In this document: in pieces, positions 49,206 to 57,845 of the stretch
Position numbering within the stretch: the stretch's first letter is position 1
Layout of the letters: each line of letters opens with the position of its first letter
NCBI GenBank assembly: GCA_018920365.1
Contig: JAHLMM010000001.1
Span: forward strand, 199,628-263,627
Direction of reading: 5' to 3'
DNA from: Candidatus Aenigmatarchaeota archaeon
Lineage (GTDB): Archaea > Aenigmatarchaeota > Aenigmatarchaeia > CG10238-14
DNA length: 64,000 nt
Made by a program: the position numbers and the translations under genes
The notes under the pieces: generated by a model
What the model was told of the DNA's origin: nothing
The model's input: the letters and a program-made list of their open reading frames with translations, nothing else
The model's database searches: none

Positions 49206-49296
49206 TAGCCCCGAGCGGATTCGAACCGCTGTCAACGGGTCCAAAGCCCGCTATCCTTGGCCATTGTCCTGGTTAAACCATCTAGACGACGGGGCT
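49206..49296 (-). tRNA. tRNA-Gln (anticodon TTG) with a ~17-nt insertion in the D-loop, a putative non-canonical intron.
   Basis: Minus-strand sequence AGCCCCG-TC-GTCT-[AGATGG TTTAACCAGGACAATGG CCAA]-GGAT-A-GCGGG-CTTTGGA-CCCGT-TGAC-AGCGG-TTCGAAT-CCGCT-CGGGGCT-A. It has the A1-U72 pair and discriminator A typical of archaeal tRNA-Gln. The total is 91 nt. Confidence 0.7.
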
Positions 49297-49340
49297 ATAA
49301 AATGGCTAATAATATAGAAATCATAAGAATATTAAATATT

Positions 49341-49658
49341 TTAAGTTCTCTTTACCGTATCCTTTTTCTTTACAATCTGCTTTTCAATTTCATTAAGAAC
49401 TTTTTCAACAGCATCGAGCACCTTCCAGTCGCTGTGATCAGCATAAAATAATCCATGAGTCGTTTCAAGATAGCATTTTATTTGATAATATTTATGATCG
49501 CCTCTTTCTCTGATTTTATCTGCACTTAACTTGAATATTTTGACTGATTTTTCTCCAAACATTTTCTTATATTTTTCAAGTAATTTTTCAGACTTTTCTC
49601 TTATCATATCTTTTATCTCCAAAGTAAGATTGTCAAATCCGGATAATTGCACGTTCAT
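49341..49658 (-). CDS. hpf: Ribosome hibernation-promoting factor / RaiA (YfiA) family protein.
   Basis: The text MNVQLSGFDNLTLEIKDMIREKSEKLLEKYKKMF…IKCYLETTHGLFYADHSDWKVLDAVEKVLNEIEKQIVKKKD aligns in length (~100 aa) and pattern with bacterial HPF. The shared features are NxxITG, a lysine-rich helix 1, and the conserved AID…L…Q..K.K helix. Confidence 0.7.
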   Translation of the reverse strand: MNVQLSGFDNLTLEIKDMIREKSEKLLEKYKKMFGEKSVKIFKLSADKIRERGDHKYYQIKCYLETTHGLFYADHSDWKVLDAVEKVLNEIEKQIVKKKDTVKRT

Positions 49659-49740
49659 AAATGATTATTAAATATCCTAGTTTAAAAATCTTGTCAATTA
49701 AAAATTTTAACTAGTAATTTAATCTTTAATGAGATGAATT

Positions 49741-50184
49741 ATGCTTTACAGCAATATAGATTGGAACGGCGTTTTTGTCAAAGTAACAGGAACAATATTT
49801 GTCCTACTCCCAGTTTTTATTTCAATATTTGTATATTTATGGACACCAAAGTATAGTATATATTCTTTATTCGGATTTTTAACAGAAATTTCTTTGATTG
49901 CAGGAATTATTGCAAATGAAGAAGATACACAAATGCACTCTTTAATGACAATTTTTGGATTACTAGTATCATTAATTGAAGCTAGTATTTTCAGCGTAAA
50001 TTTTGGTTTTGAGAATGGAATTGTAAGTTTTCTAATATATTGGTGGGTATGGCTTTCACTGTACTCTGCTGGAATTGAAATATCGTTGAAAACAATTGAA
50101 TTCTCCAAACTTTTCAGTTCGCTTATAATAGCAGTAGGTAGCATTGCCACATTATCATGGTATTGGTTTTCTTTCTTTTTCTAA
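49741..50184 (+). CDS. Small polytopic membrane protein.
   Basis: There are four hydrophobic helices. No known motif was recognised. Confidence 0.35.
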   Translation: MLYSNIDWNGVFVKVTGTIFVLLPVFISIFVYLWTPKYSIYSLFGFLTEISLIAGIIANEEDTQMHSLMTIFGLLVSLIEASIFSVNFGFENGIVSFLIYWWVWLSLYSAGIEISLKTIEFSKLFSSLIIAVGSIATLSWYWFSFFF

Positions 50185-50265
50185 AAAAATGACATATGGT
50201 TATGTTTAAAAGGATTAACATCAAATAAATTTACAAGTGAGAGCGATGGGTGAAAGTCGGACAAG

Positions 50266-50595
50266 GTGAATGTAAAACAGTTAACTATTTCTAGCTTTAA
50301 TGATCTTGAAAAAATAAAAGGAAATGAAAGGGTAATACACTTGAGAAAATTTGTAAGTAAAAATATTCTAAAAATTATATGTTCAAAATGCAAGTATTTG
50401 GATTATGTTTCTATACCTGAAAAAATTTATTTTAAGAGTATAAACTCTGTGAAAAATTCTGATGTAAAAATAGTTGTTGTTAAAAGAAATTCAGGCCGCC
50501 CAAATTTAGTAGAAAAATTAATCCAAGAAAAGAATATGGCTTTTAGTATGAAATTTAAATCTATTGATATAAAAAATAAAGAGGTGTTTGTGTGA
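50266..50595 (+). CDS. Hypothetical protein (109 aa) immediately upstream of thrS.
   Basis: The ORF ends 4 nt into thrS. There is one CxxC pair (CSKCKY). No family was recognised. Confidence 0.3.
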   Translation: MNVKQLTISSFNDLEKIKGNERVIHLRKFVSKNILKIICSKCKYLDYVSIPEKIYFKSINSVKNSDVKIVVVKRNSGRPNLVEKLIQEKNMAFSMKFKSIDIKNKEVFV

Positions 50596-52454
50596 GAATA
50601 ATACAACATCATGTTGATTTTATAGAATATAGACCTATTGAGAAAGAGATTGATTTTGCCGAGGAAATAGAAAAGAAAAGCGTAAGACTTGAAGATATTG
50701 TCGTCCTATTTACAAGTGTTGAAGAAGGAGATAATGAATCTGTCGCAAAACATGCTATTTCTCAGATAAAACAATCCATTTCAAACCTAAAAGCAAACAA
50801 GATATTAATATATCCATATGCCCATCTAAGTTCAAACTTGGCAAAACCATCAGAAGCTTTACAATTGCTTAAAAAAATGGAAGAATTTGCAAAAGAGCAA
50901 GGCATTCAAGTTTATAGAGCACCATTTGGATGGAACAAACAGTTTGAGTTGAAGACAAAAGCTCATCCAATGGCTGAGCAATTTAAAGTTTTCACACCAG
51001 AGCAAGCAAAAGAAGAAGATGTTTCTCAATCTTTAAAGCAAGAAGAAAAGGTAAAGTCAGAATGGTTTATATTAACACCAGACGGAAAGCTAACAGACGC
51101 TTTAAAGTTTGATTTTAAAGGCCATGAAAATTTGAAAAAATTCTTTAATTATGAGTACGCGAAGGTCAGAGCCGTATCTGAAATTCCGCCACATGTAAAA
51201 TTAATGAAAGCTTTAGAATTGGTTGACTATGAGCCAGGATCAGATCCCGGAAATTTTAGGTTTTTACCTAAAGGCCGTCTAGTAAAATCATTAATGGAGC
51301 AATGGATAACTCAAAAAGTTATAAAATATGGAGCAATGGAAGTTGAAACACCTATAATGTATGATTATGATCATCCGGCTTTGAAAGAATATTTAAACAG
51401 ATTTCCAGCAAGGCAATATACATTAGAATCAGCAAAGAAAAAATTCTTTTTAAGATTTGCCGCATGCTTTGGTCAGTTTTTGACTATGTCAGCTTCAAAC
51501 ATATCATACAAAGATTTGCCTATGAAAGTGTTTGAGCTTACGAGATATTCTTTCAGGCTAGAAAAAGCAGGTGAATTGGTCGGATTAAGAAGATTAAGAG
51601 CGTTCACAATGCCTGATATGCATACTTTATGCAGAGATTTAAAGACAGCAAGAGAAGAATTTTATAATCAATTCAAGTTAGGTGTTGAAACATTAAAGGA
51701 TTTAGACATAAGTAGTGAAGATTTTGAAGTTGCAATTAGATTTACAAAAGACTTTTGGAATGAAAACAAAGATTTTGTTTTGTCATTAGTAAAAATAGTT
51801 AACAAACCAGTGCTAATAGAGATGTGGAATTTTAGATATGCATATTTTGATCCTAAATTCGAGTTTAATTTTGTTGATTCAATGGATAAAGCATCTGCAT
51901 TAACAACAGTGCAAATAGATCATGAGAATGGAAAGAGATTCAACATAGAATATACAGATGAAGATGGAAAAAGGAAAAATCCTTATATTTTGCACTGCTC
52001 GCCATCAGGTAGCTTGGAAAGATGTTTTTATGCAATGTTAGAAAAGAATTATATGAAATCAAAGAAAGGTGAAAATCCAGTATTGCCTTTGTGGCTTTCA
52101 CCAACTCAAGTTAGACTTTGTCCGATAAACCAAGACTATATTGAATACAGCAAGGAAATAATGGTAGAACTGGAAAAGAATAATATAAGAGTTGATATAG
52201 ATGACAGAAGTGAAAGAATACAGAAAAAAGTGAGAGATGCAGAAATGGAATGGGTTCCATACATCCTTGTTATAGGTAGAAATGAAAAGGAGAGCAAGCA
52301 ATTTAATGTTAGAAAAAGAGAAGATAAAAGCGTTGAAGTAAAAATGACAATAGATCAATTAGTTAAAGAAATAAAAGAGAAGACAAAGGATAAACCATTC
52401 AAAGAGTTACCTTTGCCTAAACTGATATCAAAAAGACCTATTTTTATAGGTTAA
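50592..52454 (+). CDS. thrS: Archaeal-type threonine—tRNA ligase with the N-terminal D-aminoacyl-tRNA-deacylase-like editing domain.
   Basis: The N-terminus MRIIQHHVDFIEYRPIEKE…ILIYPYAHLSSNLAKPSEALQ…YRAPFGWNKQFELKTKAHP matches the archaeal ThrRS editing domain. Class II motifs are present (FRLEKAGELVGLRRLRAF). The C-terminal anticodon-binding domain is present. Confidence 0.9.
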   Translation: MRIIQHHVDFIEYRPIEKEIDFAEEIEKKSVRLEDIVVLFTSVEEGDNESVAKHAISQIKQSISNLKANKILIYPYAHLSSNLAKPSEALQLLKKMEEFAKEQGIQVYRAPFGWNKQFELKTKAHPMAEQFKVFTPEQAKEEDVSQSLKQEEKVKSEWFILTPDGKLTDALKFDFKGHENLKKFFNYEYAKVRAVSEIPPHVKLMKALELVDYEPGSDPGNFRFLPKGRLVKSLMEQWITQKVIKYGAMEVETPIMYDYDHPALKEYLNRFPARQYTLESAKKKFFLRFAACFGQFLTMSASNISYKDLPMKVFELTRYSFRLEKAGELVGLRRLRAFTMPDMHTLCRDLKTAREEFYNQFKLGVETLKDLDISSEDFEVAIRFTKDFWNENKDFVLSLVKIVNKPVLIEMWNFRYAYFDPKFEFNFVDSMDKASALTTVQIDHENGKRFNIEYTDEDGKRKNPYILHCSPSGSLERCFYAMLEKNYMKSKKGENPVLPLWLSPTQVRLCPINQDYIEYSKEIMVELEKNNIRVDIDDRSERIQKKVRDAEMEWVPYILVIGRNEKESKQFNVRKREDKSVEVKMTIDQLVKEIKEKTKDKPFKELPLPKLISKRPIFIG

Positions 52455-52456
52455 GT

Positions 52457-53275
52457 TTATTTTTTAGTTGGGTGTGAATTTTCCCAAATCAAATTAAATA
52501 CAGGATTTAGTATATCTCTTGAAGCATGCTCTGATTTTGTCCAAAACATCATATGTTGTGTATCACTTGTTTCAGGATGTGACAAGCTCATCATTGTTTG
52601 TTGATTGTCGACTATAAAGAATTTGCCGCCTATTGGTATTTTTTCATCAGCTATTTTTCTTATTTCTGCAACTTCTTGCAATGCCTTTACTGCATCACCA
52701 CATGAATTATCAATTTTTGATGCAATTTTTATTTCAATGCCTTTTTGCTTTAAATTTTTCAGCATATTGTAATGATTTTCATATAATTCATTCAATCCTG
52801 ATGGCGTTGTTACTATATTCACAGATGAAGTTGCTGATTTTAACATTGAGTCAAGCTGTTGCAACACTGAATATTTACCTTTCAAAGAACCGCTTATATC
52901 TTCAGGTGAAACTGTTGTCAACCCTTGTTTGTGTATAGCTTCTAATTCTTGCAAAAGACTAGAAGATTTTAACCTATCTATTCTATCTATTCTCAATTCA
53001 TAATCTTGCTTCATTTTTAGTTTAACTCTCTCTAAAGCTTCTGATGGTGGTACAGCAACATATTTCAATGGTTTTGAGCTTTGCAATATAACATATCCTT
53101 TTTCAGCCAGTGTCTGCAAAACATCGTATGTTCTTGATCTAGGCACATTTGTTATTGTTGATAGCTCACCTGCAGTTGCAACACCTTTTGCAAGAAGAGC
53201 AACCCAAAGTTTTCTTTCATATAAATTCAAACCAATTCCTTTTAATGTATCCATAAGTTGTGGCGATCCTAACAT
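52457..53275 (-). CDS. trmB: TrmB-family sugar-responsive transcriptional regulator.
   Basis: The N-terminal wHTH is GLNLYERKLWVALLAKGVATAGELSTITNVPRSRTYDVLQTLAEKGYV. A C-terminal effector domain follows. Confidence 0.7.
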   Translation of the reverse strand: MLGSPQLMDTLKGIGLNLYERKLWVALLAKGVATAGELSTITNVPRSRTYDVLQTLAEKGYVILQSSKPLKYVAVPPSEALERVKLKMKQDYELRIDRIDRLKSSSLLQELEAIHKQGLTTVSPEDISGSLKGKYSVLQQLDSMLKSATSSVNIVTTPSGLNELYENHYNMLKNLKQKGIEIKIASKIDNSCGDAVKALQEVAEIRKIADEKIPIGGKFFIVDNQQTMMSLSHPETSDTQHMMFWTKSEHASRDILNPVFNLIWENSHPTKK

Positions 53276-53362
53276 ATCATTACCTCTTATTACTTTATAA
53301 TAGACATATATTTAAAAATTAATATTTTTAAGATAAATTTAAGATAAATTTTATTTCTATTT

Positions 53363-55066
53363 TTATTTAGATTTTTTTTGCATATTGTAAAGGTATTTTA
53401 TTCTTTCAATTGTATCGACATCATCAATACCTTTATCCTCTCTTAAAGATATAAATCTAGGAAATCTTAACGCAAAACCAGAATCATAATTCGGTGATTT
53501 TTGGATTTCTTGATAATCCACAGAAATTACAACTTTTGGTTTTATTTTTATTTGGCTTGCATCTTCAGATATTATAAGAGGCTTTAATATTTCTGTCAAT
53601 TCCTTGAATGTTATATCTGTTTCAGCTGTTTTCTTCTCCTTGACACCTGTGCCAAGCATTCCACATTCCAGAAATTTACCGGTTTTCTCATCTTTACAAC
53701 CCAATATAAATGACCCCATCCATCCAGCTCTTTTACCAGTACCCCATGTAGCACCTATTATAGCAAGATCAAGTGTTTCCATAGTCGGTTTTAACTTATA
53801 CCATCCTCCAACTTTTCTTCCAAAAACATATTTTGACTCTATTACTTTTAGGAACAAACCTTCTTGCTTTGCATTCAAAGATTCTTTATAGAATTTTTTC
53901 AATTCATTTACTTTATCTGTTATAATTTGCTTGGCTAAAACAAACCTGTTTGGTATCTGTTTTATCGCTTTTTCAAGGTATTTTCTTCTTTCTAAAAGAT
54001 TTTTGTCAAGTAACTGCTCATCTTCATACAAAACTATATCAAAAAAGTTTATTTGTATAGGTATTTCTTCAACCATCTTCTCAATGTCATACTTTCTTTG
54101 TATTCTTTGCGATAATATTTGAAATGGTAAAGGCTGGTAATTTTTATCAACTCCAACTACTTCTCCTTCTAAAACACATCTCTTTACTTTAATATTGTCT
54201 TTGCAAAGTTTAACTAAATCTGGAAACTGTTTTGTAACATTTTCAAGTCTTCTTGTGTATATCCATATTTTATCACCATCTTTATGTATCTGTGCTCTCA
54301 TTCCATCATACTTGAATTCTGCAGCGATCTTGCCAAAATTTTTGATTATTTCTTCAATACTTTCAGCTTTTTCACCTAACATTACTTGAATTGGCTGTCC
54401 TATTTTTATTTTTATTTTTTTCAAACCTTCAATTCCCTTGCTCTTTGCAATTAATGCAACTTCACCAAAGTCTGGATATATATTCAAAGCATAATCTACA
54501 GCGTCTTTTGATTCTTTATCATCTTCTAAAAACGCTTTTGCAATGGCATCTCTTATTATACCTTCTGCAACACCGACTCTCAAATCACCTAAAATAGTTC
54601 TAACAATGTATTTTGCTTCCTTTGGTTTTGCAAAAGAAAGCAATTCTGATATCAAATTTAGTTTTTTATCTTGTGTCCCAACTCCTTCTATATAAGCCAA
54701 TTCCTGTAAATTTTTAAAAACTGCTGATATATCTAATTCCTTTTTTACAAGGACAGATTGCTTTTTTTCTTCTGTTAATTTTTCTACTACTACACCCAAG
54801 TCACCAAGCTTCTTAAACTCATCTTCAACTCTTTTAATTTCATGTCCTGTAGATTTTGCAATAGCTTTGATCATCATTTGTATAGCTATACCAAGTTCAT
54901 ACCCGTAAAATTTTGGGAAGACAATACCTTGAATTAAAAGAACAACTTTTTGCAATTCATCGTCTGATGTTTTTTTCATCAAATTTGCTATTATTTCAGT
55001 TTTTTTGATTTTAGATGAATTTTTTTCAAGATCTTGATATACTTCAACCAGTTCTTGATATTTCAT
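53363..55066 (-). CDS. lig: ATP-dependent DNA ligase.
   Basis: The adenylation site is EFKYDGMRAQIH (KxDGxR). An N-terminal DNA-binding domain and an OB domain are present. The protein is 567 aa. Confidence 0.9.
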   Translation of the reverse strand: MKYQELVEVYQDLEKNSSKIKKTEIIANLMKKTSDDELQKVVLLIQGIVFPKFYGYELGIAIQMMIKAIAKSTGHEIKRVEDEFKKLGDLGVVVEKLTEEKKQSVLVKKELDISAVFKNLQELAYIEGVGTQDKKLNLISELLSFAKPKEAKYIVRTILGDLRVGVAEGIIRDAIAKAFLEDDKESKDAVDYALNIYPDFGEVALIAKSKGIEGLKKIKIKIGQPIQVMLGEKAESIEEIIKNFGKIAAEFKYDGMRAQIHKDGDKIWIYTRRLENVTKQFPDLVKLCKDNIKVKRCVLEGEVVGVDKNYQPLPFQILSQRIQRKYDIEKMVEEIPIQINFFDIVLYEDEQLLDKNLLERRKYLEKAIKQIPNRFVLAKQIITDKVNELKKFYKESLNAKQEGLFLKVIESKYVFGRKVGGWYKLKPTMETLDLAIIGATWGTGKRAGWMGSFILGCKDEKTGKFLECGMLGTGVKEKKTAETDITFKELTEILKPLIISEDASQIKIKPKVVISVDYQEIQKSPNYDSGFALRFPRFISLREDKGIDDVDTIERIKYLYNMQKKSK

Positions 55067-55121
55067 AAAATAATACAGTGATTGTTAAAATTTATTATTC
55101 TCATTTTACCATTCATTAATT

Positions 55122-55841
55122 ATGGATATATTTGATGCAATGGAGACCAGAGTTAATGTCAAAGTTTTTGATAAAAGAGATGTTCCTGATGAATTGATAG
55201 CTCAAGTATTAATGGCTGGTACATTTGCCGCGTCAGCTGGTGACATTCAACCTTGGGAGTTTATTATAGTTAAAGAAAAAACAACAAAAACAGAATTATC
55301 TCTTGCATGTTTAAGGCAAAAACATGTTGAAGACGCACCGCTGATTATAGTTGTTTGTGCAAATTTAGAAAGAGTTGCTTTAAAGTTTAGCGAAAGAGGT
55401 AAGCAATTTTATGCTGTTCAGGATACAGGAGCGTGCATTCAAAACATGCTTTTAGCAGCTCATGCTCTTGGTTTAGGTGCATCTTGGGTGCATGCTTTTG
55501 AAGAAGAAGCTGTAAAAAGAATATTGAAATTACCTGATAAGATAAAACCGATGGGTGTTTTGGCTATAGGATTTCCTTTGCCTTACGAAAAATATTACAA
55601 AACTGAAGTAATACCGTTTGAAAATATATCATGGTCAGAAGAATATGGGAAAGAGCTGCCATGGTTTTTGAATGAAACTGGAAAAGATAGATTTACCTGG
55701 AAAAAATCAATTTATGAAAGGGCAAAAGATGTTGATGTGAACATAAAATTGCCTGAAAAAAAGGAAAAACAGCAGCTTAAGATAAACTTTTATGAAACTG
55801 TCTTTAATTGGATAAAGAAATTGAGACAAAGAAAAACTTAA
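55122..55841 (+). CDS. Nitroreductase-family flavoprotein.
   Basis: The text GTFAASAGDIQPWEFIIV…GACIQNMLLAAHALGLGASW shows the nitroreductase fold pattern. Confidence 0.7.
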   Translation: MDIFDAMETRVNVKVFDKRDVPDELIAQVLMAGTFAASAGDIQPWEFIIVKEKTTKTELSLACLRQKHVEDAPLIIVVCANLERVALKFSERGKQFYAVQDTGACIQNMLLAAHALGLGASWVHAFEEEAVKRILKLPDKIKPMGVLAIGFPLPYEKYYKTEVIPFENISWSEEYGKELPWFLNETGKDRFTWKKSIYERAKDVDVNIKLPEKKEKQQLKINFYETVFNWIKKLRQRKT

Positions 55842-55864
55842 TATAGGGAAAACAATTTATTATT

Positions 55865-57274
55865 ATGGTGTTTGATTTGAGAAAAATGCTTATTTTTGCA
55901 TTTGTTTTAATACTTTTATCATCAGTAAATGCTGTTGTTATTGAATTCACTCAAGTTCCTGATACTATATATACACTTGAAAAAACAGAAATTAAATTTA
56001 AAATAACAAACGATGGTAGTAAAAAAGACACATACTATATTGGCGTTTGGCCAACAAATTGGGTAATGCTTGAAAAGTATTTTGTAATTTTAAATCCTGG
56101 AGAATCAGAAATTGTATCTTTTGTTGTTGAGCCACCAATAGATTCAAACATAGGTAATGTTATATTTACTGTTACAGCAAGATCAACTGATACAAAGGAT
56201 TATGGGTCAAACGATGTTGTTTTGAATATAAGAAGGAGAACAGGTACATACATATCACAGCTAAAGTTAAATCAAGAAATTTTAAAACCAGGAGACACGC
56301 TTGTAATTCAGCCTCTTGTTGTTAATTTAGACAAAACTCAAAGCAAAAGAGTGATAATATCAGCTAAAATATTCAAAGAGGATAAATTGATAAAATCTAT
56401 AGAAGAAGAGGCTTTGATACAACCAGCATCAACAAAAACAGTGTCATTTCCATTTGAAGTGAAGAACATTCACACTTATGGCACATACAATGTCCAGGTT
56501 TTCATGACAGATGTATATGGCTCACCTATACATTCCAAATCTGCAAGTTTTGTAATAAAGAAATTTGACAATTTTCAGGAGAATAAATATGTTGATTATG
56601 GTTTTCTTGAAAGTACGTTCACAATAAATATTACAAATAAAGGTAATGTTCCAGGAGCATCATATATAGTTACAGAATCAATGCCAAAAATTTCTAAATA
56701 TTTCTTTTATCCAGAAAAAGAACCAGATTTGTCTGAAACAACTGATAACAGAGTGGTGTATAGCTGGAAAATTAGTGGTTTAGATCCAGATGAAACAGCT
56801 ACGATAAAATACAAGTTAAGATTTACTAATGTTGCAATAGCTATATTTTTGTCTCTTTTATTGATATCATTAATTATAACAATATTTCACAAGCCTACAT
56901 TGATGAAAAAATATTCTTCTTTGATAAAACCTGATAAAGAGACTTTGATTACGCTTCATGTAAAGAATAATTCAATAAGAGACATTGAAAACATTATAGT
57001 TAAAGATACTATACCATCAGTGTTTGCCATAATAAAAGAGTTTGATACCTTAAAACCAGAAGTAAAGACAACTCAAACAGGAACAGTGCTTTTGTGGAAG
57101 ATTGATAAACTGAAACCAAAAGAAGACAGAGTGTTGACTTATAAGATAAAACCTGTTGTCAATATAGAGGGTAAGCCAAAACTACCAAAAGCACACTTTA
57201 GCTATAAGCTTGGAAAGACAATAATACACAAAGTCGCAGAAAAAATAGTTCTTTTTTCGAAAAGAGTTAAATGA
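55865..57274 (+). CDS. Cell-surface protein (signal peptide, beta-rich repeats, C-terminal TM anchor).
   Basis: Signal peptide (LIFAFVLILLSSVNA). DUF11/CARDB-like repeats are present. A TM helix (IAIAIFLSLLLISLIITIF) lies near the C-terminus. Confidence 0.45.
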   Translation: MVFDLRKMLIFAFVLILLSSVNAVVIEFTQVPDTIYTLEKTEIKFKITNDGSKKDTYYIGVWPTNWVMLEKYFVILNPGESEIVSFVVEPPIDSNIGNVIFTVTARSTDTKDYGSNDVVLNIRRRTGTYISQLKLNQEILKPGDTLVIQPLVVNLDKTQSKRVIISAKIFKEDKLIKSIEEEALIQPASTKTVSFPFEVKNIHTYGTYNVQVFMTDVYGSPIHSKSASFVIKKFDNFQENKYVDYGFLESTFTINITNKGNVPGASYIVTESMPKISKYFFYPEKEPDLSETTDNRVVYSWKISGLDPDETATIKYKLRFTNVAIAIFLSLLLISLIITIFHKPTLMKKYSSLIKPDKETLITLHVKNNSIRDIENIIVKDTIPSVFAIIKEFDTLKPEVKTTQTGTVLLWKIDKLKPKEDRVLTYKIKPVVNIEGKPKLPKAHFSYKLGKTIIHKVAEKIVLFSKRVK

Positions 57275-57304
57275 ATAAATGCTTAAATTAATTTTATCCT
57301 TAAA

Positions 57305-57427
57305 ATATTATTGACCCCCTGTAGCTCAACGGTAGAGCATTCGGCTGTAGGCATTTGCATATGCATTTGCCACCGGCATTTGCTCGCAGAAACCGAAGGG
57401 TTGCTGGTTCAAATCCGGCCGGGGGGA
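57305..57427 (+). tRNA. tRNA-Tyr (anticodon GTA) with a 51-nt intron at the canonical 37/38 position.
   Basis: The C1–G72 pair is the archaeal/eukaryal Tyr identity element. D-arm GCTC-AACGGTA-GAGC. Anticodon stem TTCGG/CCGAA with loop CTGTAG-[intron 57341–57391]-A. T-arm GCTGG-TTCAAAT-CCGGC. Discriminator A. Confidence 0.8.
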
Positions 57428-57504
57428 TTTATAATCGAAAAGTATATAAATTCAAATGAATAATTGTTGTGATTAATAGAGATAGATTTAAATATTTTAA
57501 TAAC

Positions 57505-57630
57505 ATAATCACATGGTTGGCGACCAAAACGAAAAGGAAACACCCGTTCCCATTTCGAACACGGAAGTTAAGCTTTTCGGTGATTTGAGTTGTACTGCAT
57601 TCGTGCGGGAAGCTCAAGACGTTGCCAACC
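57505..57630 (+). rRNA. rrf: 5S ribosomal RNA (unlinked, standalone).
   Basis: The text GGTTGGCGACC…CACCCGTTCCCATTTCGAACACGGAAGTTAAGC…GTACTGCATTCGTGCGGGAAGC…GTTGCCAACC has the conserved archaeal 5S loop-C / helix III-IV sequence. The 5' and 3' ends are complementary (helix I). Confidence 0.85.
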
Positions 57631-57723
57631 AATTACGCTTAAACGGTGACCTATTATTGATTAAAAGAGCCCACCCCCAAAATATAAATTTTATAAAGTT
57701 CTTAAATAAAAAATCAGTTATTT

Positions 57724-57827
57724 GCTCTGGTGGTGTAGCTCGGCCTAATCATATAGAGACCAATCATACGGGACTGTCATCATATGGCAGAACTCCCGTG
57801 ACCCGGGTTCAAATCCCGGCCAGAGCG
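57724..57827 (+). tRNA. tRNA-Asp (anticodon GTC) with a 13-nt canonical-position intron and an additional ~16-nt insertion in the D-arm region.
   Basis: Acceptor GCTCTGG/CCAGAGC with discriminator G. T-arm CCGGG-TTCAAAT-CCCGG. Anticodon stem CGGGA/TCCCG with loop CTGTCA-[TCATATGGCAGAA]-C. The D region is ~19 nt too long. It contains a duplicated CC(T)AATCATA segment. The total is 104 nt. Confidence 0.7.
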
Positions 57828-57845
57828 TATACAAAAGGTGATTAA

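Noticed and set aside
49257-49451. 64-aa plus-strand ORF overlapping tRNA-Gln and the HPF gene.
   Set aside because: It overlaps a tRNA and a better-supported CDS on the other strand.
57513-57845. 110-aa ORF spanning 5S rRNA and tRNA-Asp.
   Set aside because: It overlaps two structured RNA genes. The translation is nonsense-like. It is an artefact of the GC-rich RNA genes having no stops in one frame.
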